This document shows, one piece after another, positions 1 through 9,778 of a stretch of 40,607 nucleotides of DNA (position 1 is the first letter of the stretch; every line of letters begins with the position of its first letter). The notes under the pieces are model-generated. The model saw only the letters and a program-made list of their open reading frames with translations. It was not told the origin of the DNA and made no database searches. This DNA is from Methanocellales archaeon (GTDB lineage: Archaea; Halobacteriota; JAWCLZ01), in the NCBI GenBank assembly GCA_038850285.1, contig JAWCMA010000011.1:1-40607 (forward strand), given 5' to 3'. Position numbers and translations under genes: made by a program.

Positions 1-96
1 ATGACAGCTTCAGTTGAGGAATTGCTTAAGGTGGAAAAAATAGGTCGAAAAACGGCTAAAAAAATAAGGGAAGTGGCAAGTAGTAAATATGAATAG
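1..96 (+). CDS. 3' end of a gene with a C-terminal helix-hairpin-helix motif (Hef/XPF-type nuclease-like), partial
   Basis: Frame 1 reads MTASVEELLKVEKIGRKTAKKIREVASSKYE*, an HhH-like pattern typical of ERCC4/Hef C-termini. The gene presumably starts before the window. Confidence 0.6.
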   Translation: MTASVEELLKVEKIGRKTAKKIREVASSKYE

Positions 97-150
97 AAAA
101 TTCATAGAAATTAGAAGTTAGAAATAAATAAATAGAGTTTATTTTATTCT

Positions 151-1533
151 TTATCTTATTTCATTCAGCCATGGATATAGATCCCTTAGCCTCTTCACTG
201 ATTTCTCTATCTCTTGAGTTGGATATTCATAGGGCGGGAGCTTGCCTTCAAAGTAGTCTTCATATGCCTTCATATCAAAGTGTCCGTGTCCGCAGAGCAA
301 GAAGAAGATTGTTTTCCCCTCGCCTGTTTGCCTGCATTTGATTGCTTCATCCACCACTGCTTTAATGGAATGCGCGGGTTCAGGGGCGGATATTATTCCC
401 TCTGTTCTAGCGAAGAGTACAGCTGCGTCGAAGACTTCCAGTTGATTGTATGCCTTAGCTTGAACAATGCCTTCTTTAACAAGCAGGCAGAGAGTGGGAG
501 CATCTCCATGATATCGCAGTCCGCCAGCGTGTATTGGAGCTGGGATGAAGTCGTGGCCCAGTGTATACATCTTCATAAGTGGGGTTAGTCTAGCGGTATC
601 GCCGTGGTCATAGGTATAAATTCCCTTGGTTAGAGTTGGACAAGCTGTTGGCTCAGTGGCGAGGAATTGAATATCCTTCTTAGCTTTTCCCGAGACTTTG
701 TCGTAGTAAAATGGCCAGAAGGTGCCTGAGAAGCTGCTTCCACCGCCCACGCAGCCAACTATTAAATCTGGATAGTCATCTACTAGGGCGAATTGCCTTT
801 GGGCTTCTAAGCCGATTACTGTTTGATGGAGTAAAACGTGGTTTAATACACTGCCTAGGGTATATTTGGTTGCTTCGTGGGTAACAGCATCCTCCACAGC
901 TTCACTTATCGCTATACCTAGGGAGCCTGGATTATCTGGGTCTTCTTTCAATATTCTTTTGCCAAACTGGGTTTTATCACTCGGGCTTGGACTTACATTT
1001 GCTCCCCAAGCTTCCATGAGCATTCTTCTATAGGGCTTTTGATAGTAGCTTGCCTTGACCATATATACGGTTGACTGCAATCCAAACATATTGCAGCCGA
1101 AGGCAAGGGCTGAGCCCCACTGTCCAGCACCTGTTTCAGTTGTAAGCCGCTTTATGCCTTCCTTCATATTGTAATATGCCTGTGCAACCGCTGTATTCGG
1201 CTTGTGGCTTCCAGGCGGGCTTACACCTTCATATTTATAGTAAATTTTGGCAGGTGTTCTAAGTGCTTTTTCCAAATTAATAGCTCTATAAAGTGGAGTT
1301 GGGCGCCACAGGCGATAGACTAAGCGCACTTCCTCTGGTATGGGTATCCATCGCTCCTGTGAGACTTCTTGCTTTATTAGCTCTTTGGCGAATACTCGCT
1401 CTAGGTCTTGAGGTTTTATGGGCTCTTTGGTAACTGGATTCACCGGCGGGGGAAGTGGCTTTGGTAGATCGGGCAAGATGTTGTACCAGTTTTTGGGTAT
1501 ATCCTCTTCATCAAGTAGAATCTTGTTTTTCAT
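151..1533 (-). CDS. trpB2: TrpB2-type tryptophan synthase beta chain (PLP enzyme)
   Basis: Motifs GSHKPN (PLP lysine), [16 protein letters not shown] and HAGGLRYHG. Stand-alone, 460 aa. Confidence 0.95.
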   Translation of the reverse strand: MKNKILLDEEDIPKNWYNILPDLPKPLPPPVNPVTKEPIKPQDLERVFAKELIKQEVSQERWIPIPEEVRLVYRLWRPTPLYRAINLEKALRTPAKIYYKYEGVSPPGSHKPNTAVAQAYYNMKEGIKRLTTETGAGQWGSALAFGCNMFGLQSTVYMVKASYYQKPYRRMLMEAWGANVSPSPSDKTQFGKRILKEDPDNPGSLGIAISEAVEDAVTHEATKYTLGSVLNHVLLHQTVIGLEAQRQFALVDDYPDLIVGCVGGGSSFSGTFWPFYYDKVSGKAKKDIQFLATEPTACPTLTKGIYTYDHGDTARLTPLMKMYTLGHDFIPAPIHAGGLRYHGDAPTLCLLVKEGIVQAKAYNQLEVFDAAVLFARTEGIISAPEPAHSIKAVVDEAIKCRQTGEGKTIFFLLCGHGHFDMKAYEDYFEGKLPPYEYPTQEIEKSVKRLRDLYPWLNEIR

Positions 1534-1620
1534 ATCTGCACCTCTAAACGATCGTTTTTAGACATTAATGTATTTTATTGGTTATTTGATAAATCGCAAG
1601 CTATTTATACTTAACGAAAA

Positions 1621-2886
1621 TCATCTGCTCGGGAAAATATCTTTTCTCAAATTTCGCATTCGAATCAAAGGCATTGCCAAGTGCCTTCTAGCGCTAGGCG
1701 GTACCTCATATAGCCCTAGAGCTAGGTCTCTTTTTATTTTAATTTTTTCCGCCTCTCGAGCAGTGGTTTTGCAGCGCTTGCAGCGATATCCCTGTGCTTT
1801 ACCTGCTGATTTCATTCGCTTCCCACATATCCCGCATTTTGGATTGTGCACTTCATAAACCTTGGCGAGTTTTAAAATTTCAATTTTCTCTAGATTTAAA
1901 GTCCAGTTTTTAATGCTTCCATATACAGAAATTTCATCCCCAGTGCATAGCTTTCTTATGATATCGCGAAATTGACGGGTTGGCTGATAAGCTGCGCAAT
2001 CAATTTCATACTCGCCCTTCGCTATTGAAAAGATCACGTGCCCTCCTTCAATGGTTCTGGGCTCCTTTGAAACTATGCCTGTAAGTTTGTAGGAGCGCCA
2101 GTTTCTAGCTTCCCTAATTTCAGCTTCAATTATATGCATATCTGTACCTTGATTTGTTCTATATAGCACTGAGCGCTCCACAGGCTCGCATTTGATCATT
2201 GAAAAAGCTCTTTTAATCGCCTTGATATCATCGCCTCTTATTCCGAAGAGCACTGGGTCTGGAGAATGCGGAGCGAAGACTATGAGCTCATTTTTTAGAT
2301 CAACGGTATCCCAAGTAAGGGGATATGTGGCTGCATCTGCTTCCAAGACGCTTGCTCGATCGATGAAGCGCTTTGTACCAGTTCTAGCCTTCTCTCGATA
2401 GGCTATGAGTTCATAGGTACATGGATCAAGCTCAATTGAAGCAGCAGCTAGAGCGCCTATTAACCCCCTTTGATTTTTATATCCCTTGGCTTTAATCTCA
2501 TATTTAGCTATTAAAGCTCGAGCTTCTTTTATGGTGAGCACATCTCTAACTGCGCGCATTGCAAAAGCTCGAAGTTCCGCTGGAGGTTCGCCTTTTAATA
2601 GCACAGCTCCGGGATTTGTCTTGGGGTCTTGAAAGTGCGCTAGTTCTTCGATTGTTGCAAGCGTGGTTTCCCAGATCTTGGTTATTTCTTTCTCCTCGCT
2701 AACGTTTAACTTCAGTGCTACTGCAGCATTTCCCCGGGTTTTATATTTTATCGTTGGATTTAATCTCACCAAGCGCGGGAGGTCTGCTAAGCTGTAGTTT
2801 TTAAGTTTTTCAATGAGTATTGCTAGTAAATAAGTGGTGCACATTCCTTCAATCGAATCTGTATCATCTATGCCAATTGTTATCAT
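1621..2886 (-). CDS. tiaS: tRNA(Ile2) 2-agmatinylcytidine synthetase
   Basis: N-terminal IGIDDTD..GMCTTY, RLNP..KTRGN, an OB-fold region and a C-terminal Zn ribbon (CGIC..CKRC) with RRHL. Start placed at MITIG (2886); the ORF track starts at 2934. Confidence 0.93.
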   Translation of the reverse strand: MITIGIDDTDSIEGMCTTYLLAILIEKLKNYSLADLPRLVRLNPTIKYKTRGNAAVALKLNVSEEKEITKIWETTLATIEELAHFQDPKTNPGAVLLKGEPPAELRAFAMRAVRDVLTIKEARALIAKYEIKAKGYKNQRGLIGALAAASIELDPCTYELIAYREKARTGTKRFIDRASVLEADAATYPLTWDTVDLKNELIVFAPHSPDPVLFGIRGDDIKAIKRAFSMIKCEPVERSVLYRTNQGTDMHIIEAEIREARNWRSYKLTGIVSKEPRTIEGGHVIFSIAKGEYEIDCAAYQPTRQFRDIIRKLCTGDEISVYGSIKNWTLNLEKIEILKLAKVYEVHNPKCGICGKRMKSAGKAQGYRCKRCKTTAREAEKIKIKRDLALGLYEVPPSARRHLAMPLIRMRNLRKDIFPSR

Positions 2887-3029
2887 TTTATGAAAAATAG
2901 GAGACAGGGTTATAAAAATTAATGGCCTCTGCATAATATTGTCAGGATTTTAAGAAGGTCTGAAGAGCAACTAGAATTGGTATTTGTAAGTATATCAATA
3001 AGTTATCAATAACTATCTAACTATCTCTC

Positions 3030-3164
3030 TTAAACTCTTGAAATGATATATTGAAGCATGGATTTCTTTGCACAATAGCCATTGAATTTGCAGAGATGGC
3101 TATTTTTAGCGAGGTATTTACAGGTGCCGCATATCGCAGTGCCAAGGTTTTTGGTCGATCTCAT
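3030..3164 (-). CDS. Putative 44-aa four-cysteine microprotein (not in ORF track)
   Basis: Manual translation MRSTKNLGTAICGTCKYLAKNSHLCKFNGYCAKKSMLQYIISRV* (C-x2-C-x9-C-x5-C). A TATA-like element lies upstream on the same strand. Confidence 0.55.
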   Translation of the reverse strand: MRSTKNLGTAICGTCKYLAKNSHLCKFNGYCAKKSMLQYIISRV

Positions 3165-3278
3165 CTTATCATTATAATACTCAACATAATATTTATATTT
3201 TTTGATGTTTTTAACAAATTATTAACATTTTTTTTAAATTTTTTTTAATTTTGTCGCCAAATTTTTTGTTCAATTTTT

Positions 3279-3316
3279 TACGAACGTTCGTATTTATGCG
3301 AACAAAATTTATATAG
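3279..3316 (-). promoter_or_regulatory. TATA box with overlapping palindromic operator sites
   Basis: Perfect palindrome TACGAACGTTCGTA (3279-3292), overlapping TTCGTA-N4-TGCGAA (3287-3302), and minus-strand TATATAAA at about 3308-3315. Confidence 0.6.
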
Positions 3317-3348
3317 TTTGCGCCAGTCAAGTGATCCAAAAAAACAAA

Positions 3349-3633
3349 TTATTCCTCTCCCGTGCCTCGCTTTTCATATTCCCCAGGCTTTCGAGAACCG
3401 AAAATCTTATGGCCTTTTTTAATCACCAAAAAACGCAGCGCCTTAGCATACTCAGGAGATATCTCTTCGCGCTGCTCAAAGAAATTTATTATTTCAATTG
3501 CTTCATCCTCGCTGGAGCAGCGCTGAAGGTGATCTGTAACCTTAGGAATCCAAATGCAATGCTCACTGAAATCACCTTCCAGTTCGCGAGCCAGAGCTGG
3601 GAAGTCCTTTTTTAAATCAATTGCTTTTTTCAT
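3349..3633 (-). CDS. Conserved archaeal small protein (DUF2095-like)
   Basis: Pattern FPALAREL..P.V.D.L.RC...EA.EII.F...R.EI....A..LR......G...FG.RKPG.Y. Confidence 0.75.
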   Translation of the reverse strand: MKKAIDLKKDFPALARELEGDFSEHCIWIPKVTDHLQRCSSEDEAIEIINFFEQREEISPEYAKALRFLVIKKGHKIFGSRKPGEYEKRGTGEE

Positions 3634-3641
3634 TCAAAAGA

Positions 3642-4241
3642 TCATTGTTTGCGCTTAGATATAAATTCATAGCTTGCTAAAATCAAAATGATCAAAAAAC
3701 AGCCGAGTAAAAACCACAAGCTTGCGTGACCCCAGATATCTTGAGCCAGTGGAATACTATCCGCAAAACCCTTGGCTGCACTTTCCCTCGCAGGAGCGAG
3801 GGCAATAGGTTGGGTGCTTTGAATCAAAAACTCAATAGCGCTAGCTGAAACAAAAGCAAAAAATAGAAGCGCTATGTACTTCTTCAAAATACCGAGCACA
3901 TCTGAGGAGTTAGTTTTCTCAGGCACAAGTACAATCAGCTTTTGCCTGGGTGTATAAATTTTTACCTCCCTCCCCTTCTCGCTATATTTCACTCTATCGA
4001 TTTTAATCAGCCCAATGCTCATCAAATTATCTATATTATACTGCACCGTGGTTATTGGTAAATTAAGCAACTCAGAAATCTGAGAAGTGGAAAGCGGAGA
4101 TTCTGCAAGGAGCTCTAAGATTTTCATCGCTGTTTCATTAGAAATAACTTGAGTAAGCTTCTTGGATTGCTCTCCAAGAGGCAAAATCAAAAGTTTTTTA
4201 AACTCCTCTTGGCCTTCATTGCTTTCCGCATCGCTTTCCAT
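3642..4241 (-). CDS. ArsR-family HTH regulator with two C-terminal transmembrane segments
   Basis: wHTH (ILELLAESPLSTSQISELLNLPITTVQYNIDNL..SEKGREVKIY) followed by two hydrophobic stretches. Confidence 0.85.
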   Translation of the reverse strand: MESDAESNEGQEEFKKLLILPLGEQSKKLTQVISNETAMKILELLAESPLSTSQISELLNLPITTVQYNIDNLMSIGLIKIDRVKYSEKGREVKIYTPRQKLIVLVPEKTNSSDVLGILKKYIALLFFAFVSASAIEFLIQSTQPIALAPARESAAKGFADSIPLAQDIWGHASLWFLLGCFLIILILASYEFISKRKQ

Positions 4242-4300
4242 AATATATAATAAGAAAGACTATATTAATACCCTTTCTATAACTTCGAATGAAATCGCAG

Positions 4301-4921
4301 TTAATACCCAGCTGCACCCGCTTCCTTCGCTGCCTCAGCCATCTTGAACTCAGGCTCGATCTCTGACTTAGTGATTTCAACCCTCCTCAGGGGATAAATC
4401 ATCTTAGCTTCTTTGTAGATATCCGAAGCCACTTTTCCAAGTATTAGTTCTTGAATGAATTGATCTAGGGTTAAAAGCTTAGCTCTATCTAAAACAACGC
4501 GCTCCATAACCTTGCGAATGGCTTCGATCTGCGGGTGATGTGCCCTCTTCGTGGTAAAGCAAGAGGATTTAACCCTTATTTTCTTACCATCCAACGTGGT
4601 TGCAGCCACATTTGAATCTATCTTCGAAGTCCTGCGCTTGACCAAAGAGCGCATGTAATCGCGAGTTAACTCATGTCCAATGAAAGAGGTATTGCAGTTT
4701 TCCCCCGCTATACTATCTATCCTGAACATCATTTTAATATTCTGCTTCGACCAGTCATTTACCAACTCGCCAAGTGTGGTTTCAATCACCCTCCCTATGA
4801 GCTTGCTGGGGTCATCGCTTGGCGTTGTACCAATGTTCGCTCTACCAAATAGCTCTGGTGCTAGAACATTGTACCACTGCTTGGCTTTCCAACCCTCTAC
4901 TTTTTTCACAGCACGCGCCAA
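4301..4921 (-). CDS. rps3ae: 30S ribosomal protein S3Ae (eS1)
   Basis: WKAKQWYNVLAP, GHELTRDYMRSLVKRRTSKID and IYPLRRVEITKS. Confidence 0.96.
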   Translation of the reverse strand: MARAVKKVEGWKAKQWYNVLAPELFGRANIGTTPSDDPSKLIGRVIETTLGELVNDWSKQNIKMMFRIDSIAGENCNTSFIGHELTRDYMRSLVKRRTSKIDSNVAATTLDGKKIRVKSSCFTTKRAHHPQIEAIRKVMERVVLDRAKLLTLDQFIQELILGKVASDIYKEAKMIYPLRRVEITKSEIEPEFKMAEAAKEAGAAGY

Positions 4922-4933
4922 GTAATTTCCCTC

Positions 4934-4960
4934 GGATAAACTTATGGATAAACTTATGGA
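4934..4960. repeat. 12-bp tandem duplication upstream of rps3ae
   Basis: GGATAAACTTAT x2 followed by GGA. Confidence 0.8.
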
Positions 4961-5227
4961 ATATAGCCTCTTGCTATATATAACTATTCATCCTATCCTC
5001 GGTGCTGTTAATATAGACAATTTGAGGAGGATAGGGACAAGCCATCATACTTTTCCTATTATCTGACTTCCCAACTGAGATTATGGTTTAAGGTTTGGGT
5101 TTGAGTTATATCCCCTTATTATATTTGGGTTTAGAAATTGCATTTGCCTCCGATATCACAGAATGACCTTATCTCTAGCTCTTACCCATAATATAAAAAG
5201 CGCTGGAGATTCCAAACTTTAGAGTTG

Positions 5228-6748
5228 TTATAGAAACTTGAATACCTCAGGGAGCTCGCCCACTATAGATCTGAATTTCCCAGGCCAGTTATTAATATCA
5301 AAGCCCTTCTGTGCTAGAAACACTGCAGCCCAGCGCTCTAAACCAATTCCAGAGCACCCGCTCCACAGTTCCTTTCCACTTTGCAGCTTCACATTAAAAC
5401 CCTTGGGATATTTATCGCCATTAACGCTGAGATTTTGAAATTCCAGATAGCTTGCCTTATAGGGTAAATAGCCTTCGTAATCAATTGTTCCCACTTCTTT
5501 CTTCTCAGCCACGCCAGTCAAGCCCTCCTGCGCCATAAACCAAGGAGTGACCCAAGCAGTGCGCCATTCCAGATCTAAAATTTCATTGAAAATATATTTA
5601 TAGCGCAGCTGCATCTCTTTTGCATGCTCCACAACCTGCTCCGGCGTGCCTATGAATAGCAATTCAATTCTATGAAATTCATCCAAGCGCTCTATCCCAT
5701 GTATTCCTCCACTTTCATAGCGATGCGAAGTCCCAGAGCGATCGAAGACCTTCACCGGGAAAATTCCATCTGGCAAGGTAGCACCCTGCAGGAATACCCA
5801 GAATGGGGGGCACTGGGCAAAGCACATTCCACCAATTGGTAAATCGAGTTTTTCCTTAATTTTATCCAGCGGCAATTCATTTGTAACCTTATAGTAATCC
5901 ACAACCTCTTCCCAGAACTCCGGGTCTCGAGTTTTCGGCGGGCAGATGAAATATGGCTCAAAACCGCCTTGATATAATCCCTTCAAGTGTCCAGATCGCT
6001 TCCATACCTCCCAAGTCACTAATTTCGGGAAGATCATTTCAATATAGCCAAGCGGTTCCAGGATCTCTTTTTCAACGATTCGCTCAAAGGCTCGGAATAG
6101 CTTAGTTATCTGCGGGCCATAAATCCACTGCCCTCTGCTCGAGCCTCGCTTGATCCAGAAGCGCTTGATCATTTCCTCAGTGGGATCGCTATTGTAGAAA
6201 TGCTGCTTTTTACCGCTATCCCACATCAGCTCCCAATGCTCGCCCTTGCCGCCATATAGCTGAGCAACAATTTTTTCCTCTAGCAAGGTAATTATTCTAT
6301 CGGGCACTCGATTCTCAAGCTCAGCTTCTCCAACGCTTAGCGAGAGTAAAATTTTTCCATCGCTATACTTCATTTCCTTGATGAATGGAATTTTGAGTTC
6401 TTTCAAAGGCTGCTCTGCTTTAACTTCAATATTAAAAGCCTCAACCTCTATGCCTCTTATTCCAATGCGATATTTTTGCCCCAGCAGCGCTGCAAGCGGC
6501 TTTCTAAGTCTAAGGATGGCATCGTGCGCCCTTACATATCTCCCTGAAATAATTTCAAGTTCAAGTTTTTTCCCGCTTAAATTAAAGCTTGCCACTGCTG
6601 CTCCCTTTCCCTTGGGAGCGCCCTTCTGCAGTAGATTTTGTTTGGCATCTTCAATCAATGCCTCTATCTCCATTTTAGCTTGATCCGCATCTCCACTTAA
6701 CTTATAGTTTGCTTTGAGATAGAATTTCATTTCAACTTGCTCTTGCAT
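5228..6748 (-). CDS. serS: Methanogen-type (Zn-dependent) seryl-tRNA synthetase
   Basis: Extended N-terminal domain ([14 protein letters not shown]) and Zn-ligand motifs AQCPPF, DEFHRIE and WSGCSG, plus GLERW. Confidence 0.93.
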   Translation of the reverse strand: MQEQVEMKFYLKANYKLSGDADQAKMEIEALIEDAKQNLLQKGAPKGKGAAVASFNLSGKKLELEIISGRYVRAHDAILRLRKPLAALLGQKYRIGIRGIEVEAFNIEVKAEQPLKELKIPFIKEMKYSDGKILLSLSVGEAELENRVPDRIITLLEEKIVAQLYGGKGEHWELMWDSGKKQHFYNSDPTEEMIKRFWIKRGSSRGQWIYGPQITKLFRAFERIVEKEILEPLGYIEMIFPKLVTWEVWKRSGHLKGLYQGGFEPYFICPPKTRDPEFWEEVVDYYKVTNELPLDKIKEKLDLPIGGMCFAQCPPFWVFLQGATLPDGIFPVKVFDRSGTSHRYESGGIHGIERLDEFHRIELLFIGTPEQVVEHAKEMQLRYKYIFNEILDLEWRTAWVTPWFMAQEGLTGVAEKKEVGTIDYEGYLPYKASYLEFQNLSVNGDKYPKGFNVKLQSGKELWSGCSGIGLERWAAVFLAQKGFDINNWPGKFRSIVGELPEVFKFL

Positions 6749-6954
6749 GCTTCCACCAAGCTCTCGGCAATCTTCAAATTCATTATGTAGTCATCGATGG
6801 TTGAAATCAAGGTGCCAATTTCACCCACTTCTATCTCTGTGATGATATAATCTTTGCTCACACTCAAGTGCATATTAGGTAAATTATCTGGTTCAACTGA
6901 TTTTGCAATAATTGGAGAAACATTTGGAATTATGAGTTTGCAATAGCACCTCAA
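6727..6954 (-). CDS. pcc1: KEOPS complex subunit Pcc1
   Basis: 75 aa with S..PDN and L.STIDD...NLKIA, in the conserved position after the DHH gene in the rps15 cluster. Confidence 0.8.
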   Translation of the reverse strand: MRCYCKLIIPNVSPIIAKSVEPDNLPNMHLSVSKDYIITEIEVGEIGTLISTIDDYIMNLKIAESLVEACKSKLK

Positions 6955-8315
6955 GTTTTAACCTTTTTCTCCTCAATTTTAACTTCAATTTTCAGCTGCT
7001 TTGCTACAATTTCTTCAACTGCTTGGATAAATATATTTTCCATTCCCTTTGGTATCGAAGCCCCGGAGGCAATGCTATGCCCGCCACCTGTTCCCTGAGC
7101 TCTCTCCGCTGCTATCCTGAGCGCTGCTCCAAGGTCTAAGCCATTTTCAACCAACTTTCTACTGCCACGCGCTGAGACCTTGATCTTGCCTGCTTCCTCG
7201 GATAGCACAAGCAGGGGTAGCTCAGGCGAGATATATCGCATTATGCAGCTGGATACCGAGCTTGTTACAGCTGCATCTTTAATTTGAACATATTGAATTG
7301 CCTTAAGCTGCTTAACCTTCCCCTCAATGGCCTTTAATTCCGCTATTACTCTTCTTTGATATTCATGGTAATATTTCTTAGCCTCCTCCAGCTGCGTTTT
7401 ATCTCTCAAGCATAGAGATAGCGCGAGGCCTGTTTTCCCAAGCTTTCCACAGGCATTCAAAAGATTTGCAAAACCTAGGGCTTGAGGATATACCTCTTTA
7501 TTCAAGAGATAGGCTTCCCCAATTAGCTCTGCTAGAGCCTCGGCGCTGCTGCGCTTCATAGCTTTGAGCATAACCGCGCTGAGAAAGCGCCTTTTTTCCT
7601 CCTCATTTAGATCGCTATAGCTAGTCTGAGGCTTTAGTTTGATTTTCTTGAGAAATTCTTCTATTTTCTGCGCATCACCAGTTATCTCGAGATATGGCTC
7701 AAAATTATATTCCAATATCTCCCCAAGGGTACAAGTTTCAGTGCCGCCGCAATAGGCATATAAAAAGTCTCTTTTAATTGAAACCACCCCTTTTCGCAGT
7801 GCTTCTTCAAGGACCTCTCTATTTGCACCTATCATTTGCTGCTTGTCACCCACGATGCCTGCAATCGCTAAACCTGAGAGGTCAATATTTGCAGAATCAA
7901 TCTGCCTAGCTATCGCATAAGCAGTACCGCTAGCAGATAATTCAAAAGCACCATCTATGCCAGCTAAATGGGGATTCACTTGTAAATGTCCTGCATTCTC
8001 CACCACGGGTTTATGGTGATCTACTATTACAGCGCTCTTTAAATGCGAAAGCAGCTTGGTCTGCCCGCTGCCCATATCGCAGAAAATAACATTAACATTT
8101 CCCTCTATGTCCTTAACTGCTTCTTCATCAAGTTTGCTTAAAAAAGTTGCTTGAAATGGGATTTTCTTTCTAAGCAGAGAGAGGCAGATTATACCTGCAG
8201 CTGTAATGCCATCTGCATCATGATGCGAGAATACTCTTGCAAAATCAAAGCTCTTAATTTTCTCAGCAGCAGTTTTAGCAAGTGCATCAAGCCTCTCAAG
8301 CATTTTCTGCCTCAT
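6951..8315 (-). CDS. DHH/DHHA1 phosphoesterase (RecJ-like)
   Basis: HHDADG, FCDMG, VDHH, VNPH and GGGH motifs. Confidence 0.92.
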   Translation of the reverse strand: MRQKMLERLDALAKTAAEKIKSFDFARVFSHHDADGITAAGIICLSLLRKKIPFQATFLSKLDEEAVKDIEGNVNVIFCDMGSGQTKLLSHLKSAVIVDHHKPVVENAGHLQVNPHLAGIDGAFELSASGTAYAIARQIDSANIDLSGLAIAGIVGDKQQMIGANREVLEEALRKGVVSIKRDFLYAYCGGTETCTLGEILEYNFEPYLEITGDAQKIEEFLKKIKLKPQTSYSDLNEEEKRRFLSAVMLKAMKRSSAEALAELIGEAYLLNKEVYPQALGFANLLNACGKLGKTGLALSLCLRDKTQLEEAKKYYHEYQRRVIAELKAIEGKVKQLKAIQYVQIKDAAVTSSVSSCIMRYISPELPLLVLSEEAGKIKVSARGSRKLVENGLDLGAALRIAAERAQGTGGGHSIASGASIPKGMENIFIQAVEEIVAKQLKIEVKIEEKKVKT

Positions 8316-8773
8316 TATTTAGCTGCCATTAGCTCGGCTATCTCAGGTCGATACTCCCAGTCAGCTGGCAGTACTCCTTCCTCGCGATAGTAATTAACAA
8401 GTCTTCTTATCTTAGACTCAGTATTTTGAAGCGATCTTTTATTATGCAAGTCCTTTGGAGAATTAGCTAAATGCGCTTTTAATCTAAGTGCCTTTTTAAT
8501 TAGATTTTGAAGATCCTCAGGAATCTCAGGAGCTATTTTATTTTCCCTCAGGATTTGAGTGATTTTTTTACCAGTGGCAACTTCTACATCTGGCACGCCA
8601 TATTTATCTCGCAGTACAATGCCAATCTTACTCGAAGATAAACCTTGAGTTCGCAGTTTAACAGCGAGTTTTTCAATCTCTTTAGGCGAAATCATAAGCC
8701 ACTCTGGGGGGGTCTTTCGATTCACACGAGAGGACTTCGAAGATCCCCTTCGCCTAGTATGCATCTTAGCCAA
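8315..8773 (-). CDS. rps15: 30S ribosomal protein S15 (uS15)
   Basis: MAKMHTRRRGSS, IGIVLRDKYGVP and ESKIRRLVNYY. Confidence 0.97.
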   Translation of the reverse strand: MAKMHTRRRGSSKSSRVNRKTPPEWLMISPKEIEKLAVKLRTQGLSSSKIGIVLRDKYGVPDVEVATGKKITQILRENKIAPEIPEDLQNLIKKALRLKAHLANSPKDLHNKRSLQNTESKIRRLVNYYREEGVLPADWEYRPEIAELMAAK

Positions 8774-8856
8774 ATTAATTCCTCCGAATAAATCTCTTAA
8801 ATATTAGCCTTTATGATAAAAATCTTTTGCTAGCTGCTAATGCTAATCGCTTCCTC

Positions 8857-9471
8857 TCACTTAAGCGGTGTAATTATATATTTACACATTCTATCGCCTT
8901 TTGCTAAACACATAGCTCGAATCAAAGTGACATTTCCAAGTACTTTAACAATTGTTTTAGCATCCACTTCGCAAACTATATCTTCATTTTGCTTGGCTAA
9001 ATCCCAAAATACACAGTTGCGCTTTATAAGCGCATAGCTGCCATCTTCCTCCTTAGAATATGAAGCATAGCAGCCGAATTCAGTTAAATAAGCTGCAAAT
9101 GCCTTTATCCTTTCCTCAAGAAAGCCCTCTTTAGGTTTGAAGTGCTTAACTATTTCATCAGATACCTCTTCCAATATAGCCTTAGCATATTCTTTACCAC
9201 TGCGCTCGATAATCTTTGTCAAGAGTAATGAAGCCATTAAGGAGTATCGCTTCACAAAGGAATCCCTAGCTTTATCGGTAAGTGAATATATCTTCTTTGG
9301 CCTGCCCATACCAATTTGCTTAAAGGTAAAGGTGACCAAGCCTTCTTTTTCCATGAAATCAAGATGCCGGCGGATGGCAAATTCTCTTATCCCAAGTTGC
9401 TTTGAAAGCTGTATTGTACTCATATCCTCGAAAAGCAGGTACTCCAATATTTTTTTCTTAGTATTAATCAT
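8857..9471 (-). CDS. ArsR/SufR-like HTH regulator with a Cys-containing C-terminal sensor domain
   Basis: AIRRHLDFMEKEGLV..GRPKKIYSLT, then NCVF..VC..C..GD..C. Start placed at MINTK (9471); the ORF extends to 9534. Confidence 0.85.
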   Translation of the reverse strand: MINTKKKILEYLLFEDMSTIQLSKQLGIREFAIRRHLDFMEKEGLVTFTFKQIGMGRPKKIYSLTDKARDSFVKRYSLMASLLLTKIIERSGKEYAKAILEEVSDEIVKHFKPKEGFLEERIKAFAAYLTEFGCYASYSKEEDGSYALIKRNCVFWDLAKQNEDIVCEVDAKTIVKVLGNVTLIRAMCLAKGDRMCKYIITPLK

Positions 9472-9778
9472 ATATTTATTAAAAGTTTTAATTTCAACAG
9501 CATTGGGCGTTTCAAATCCCCCCACTTTAAACACTAAATGTTATTCTAAAATATAAATTTATTGAAAAGAGAAAAGATGTAATGGCTGTTTGCTCTGAAT
9601 AATGCTGTAATTGTAACCATAGTTGAAACTAATCATAATTTTCGCATCCAACAATTATAATAACGCTATCCTCGAATCAAGTTGGACATCATCAACCATT
9701 ACAAAAGATAAAGATAATAATATTAAGATAAACAAAAGATAAAAGATAAATATAAATTCCTCTCCAACGAACAATTTT

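Noticed and set aside
3051-3248. 65-aa hydrophobic plus-strand ORF
   Set aside because: Its hydrophobicity comes from a T-rich tract. The opposite-strand Cys ORF is the better candidate.
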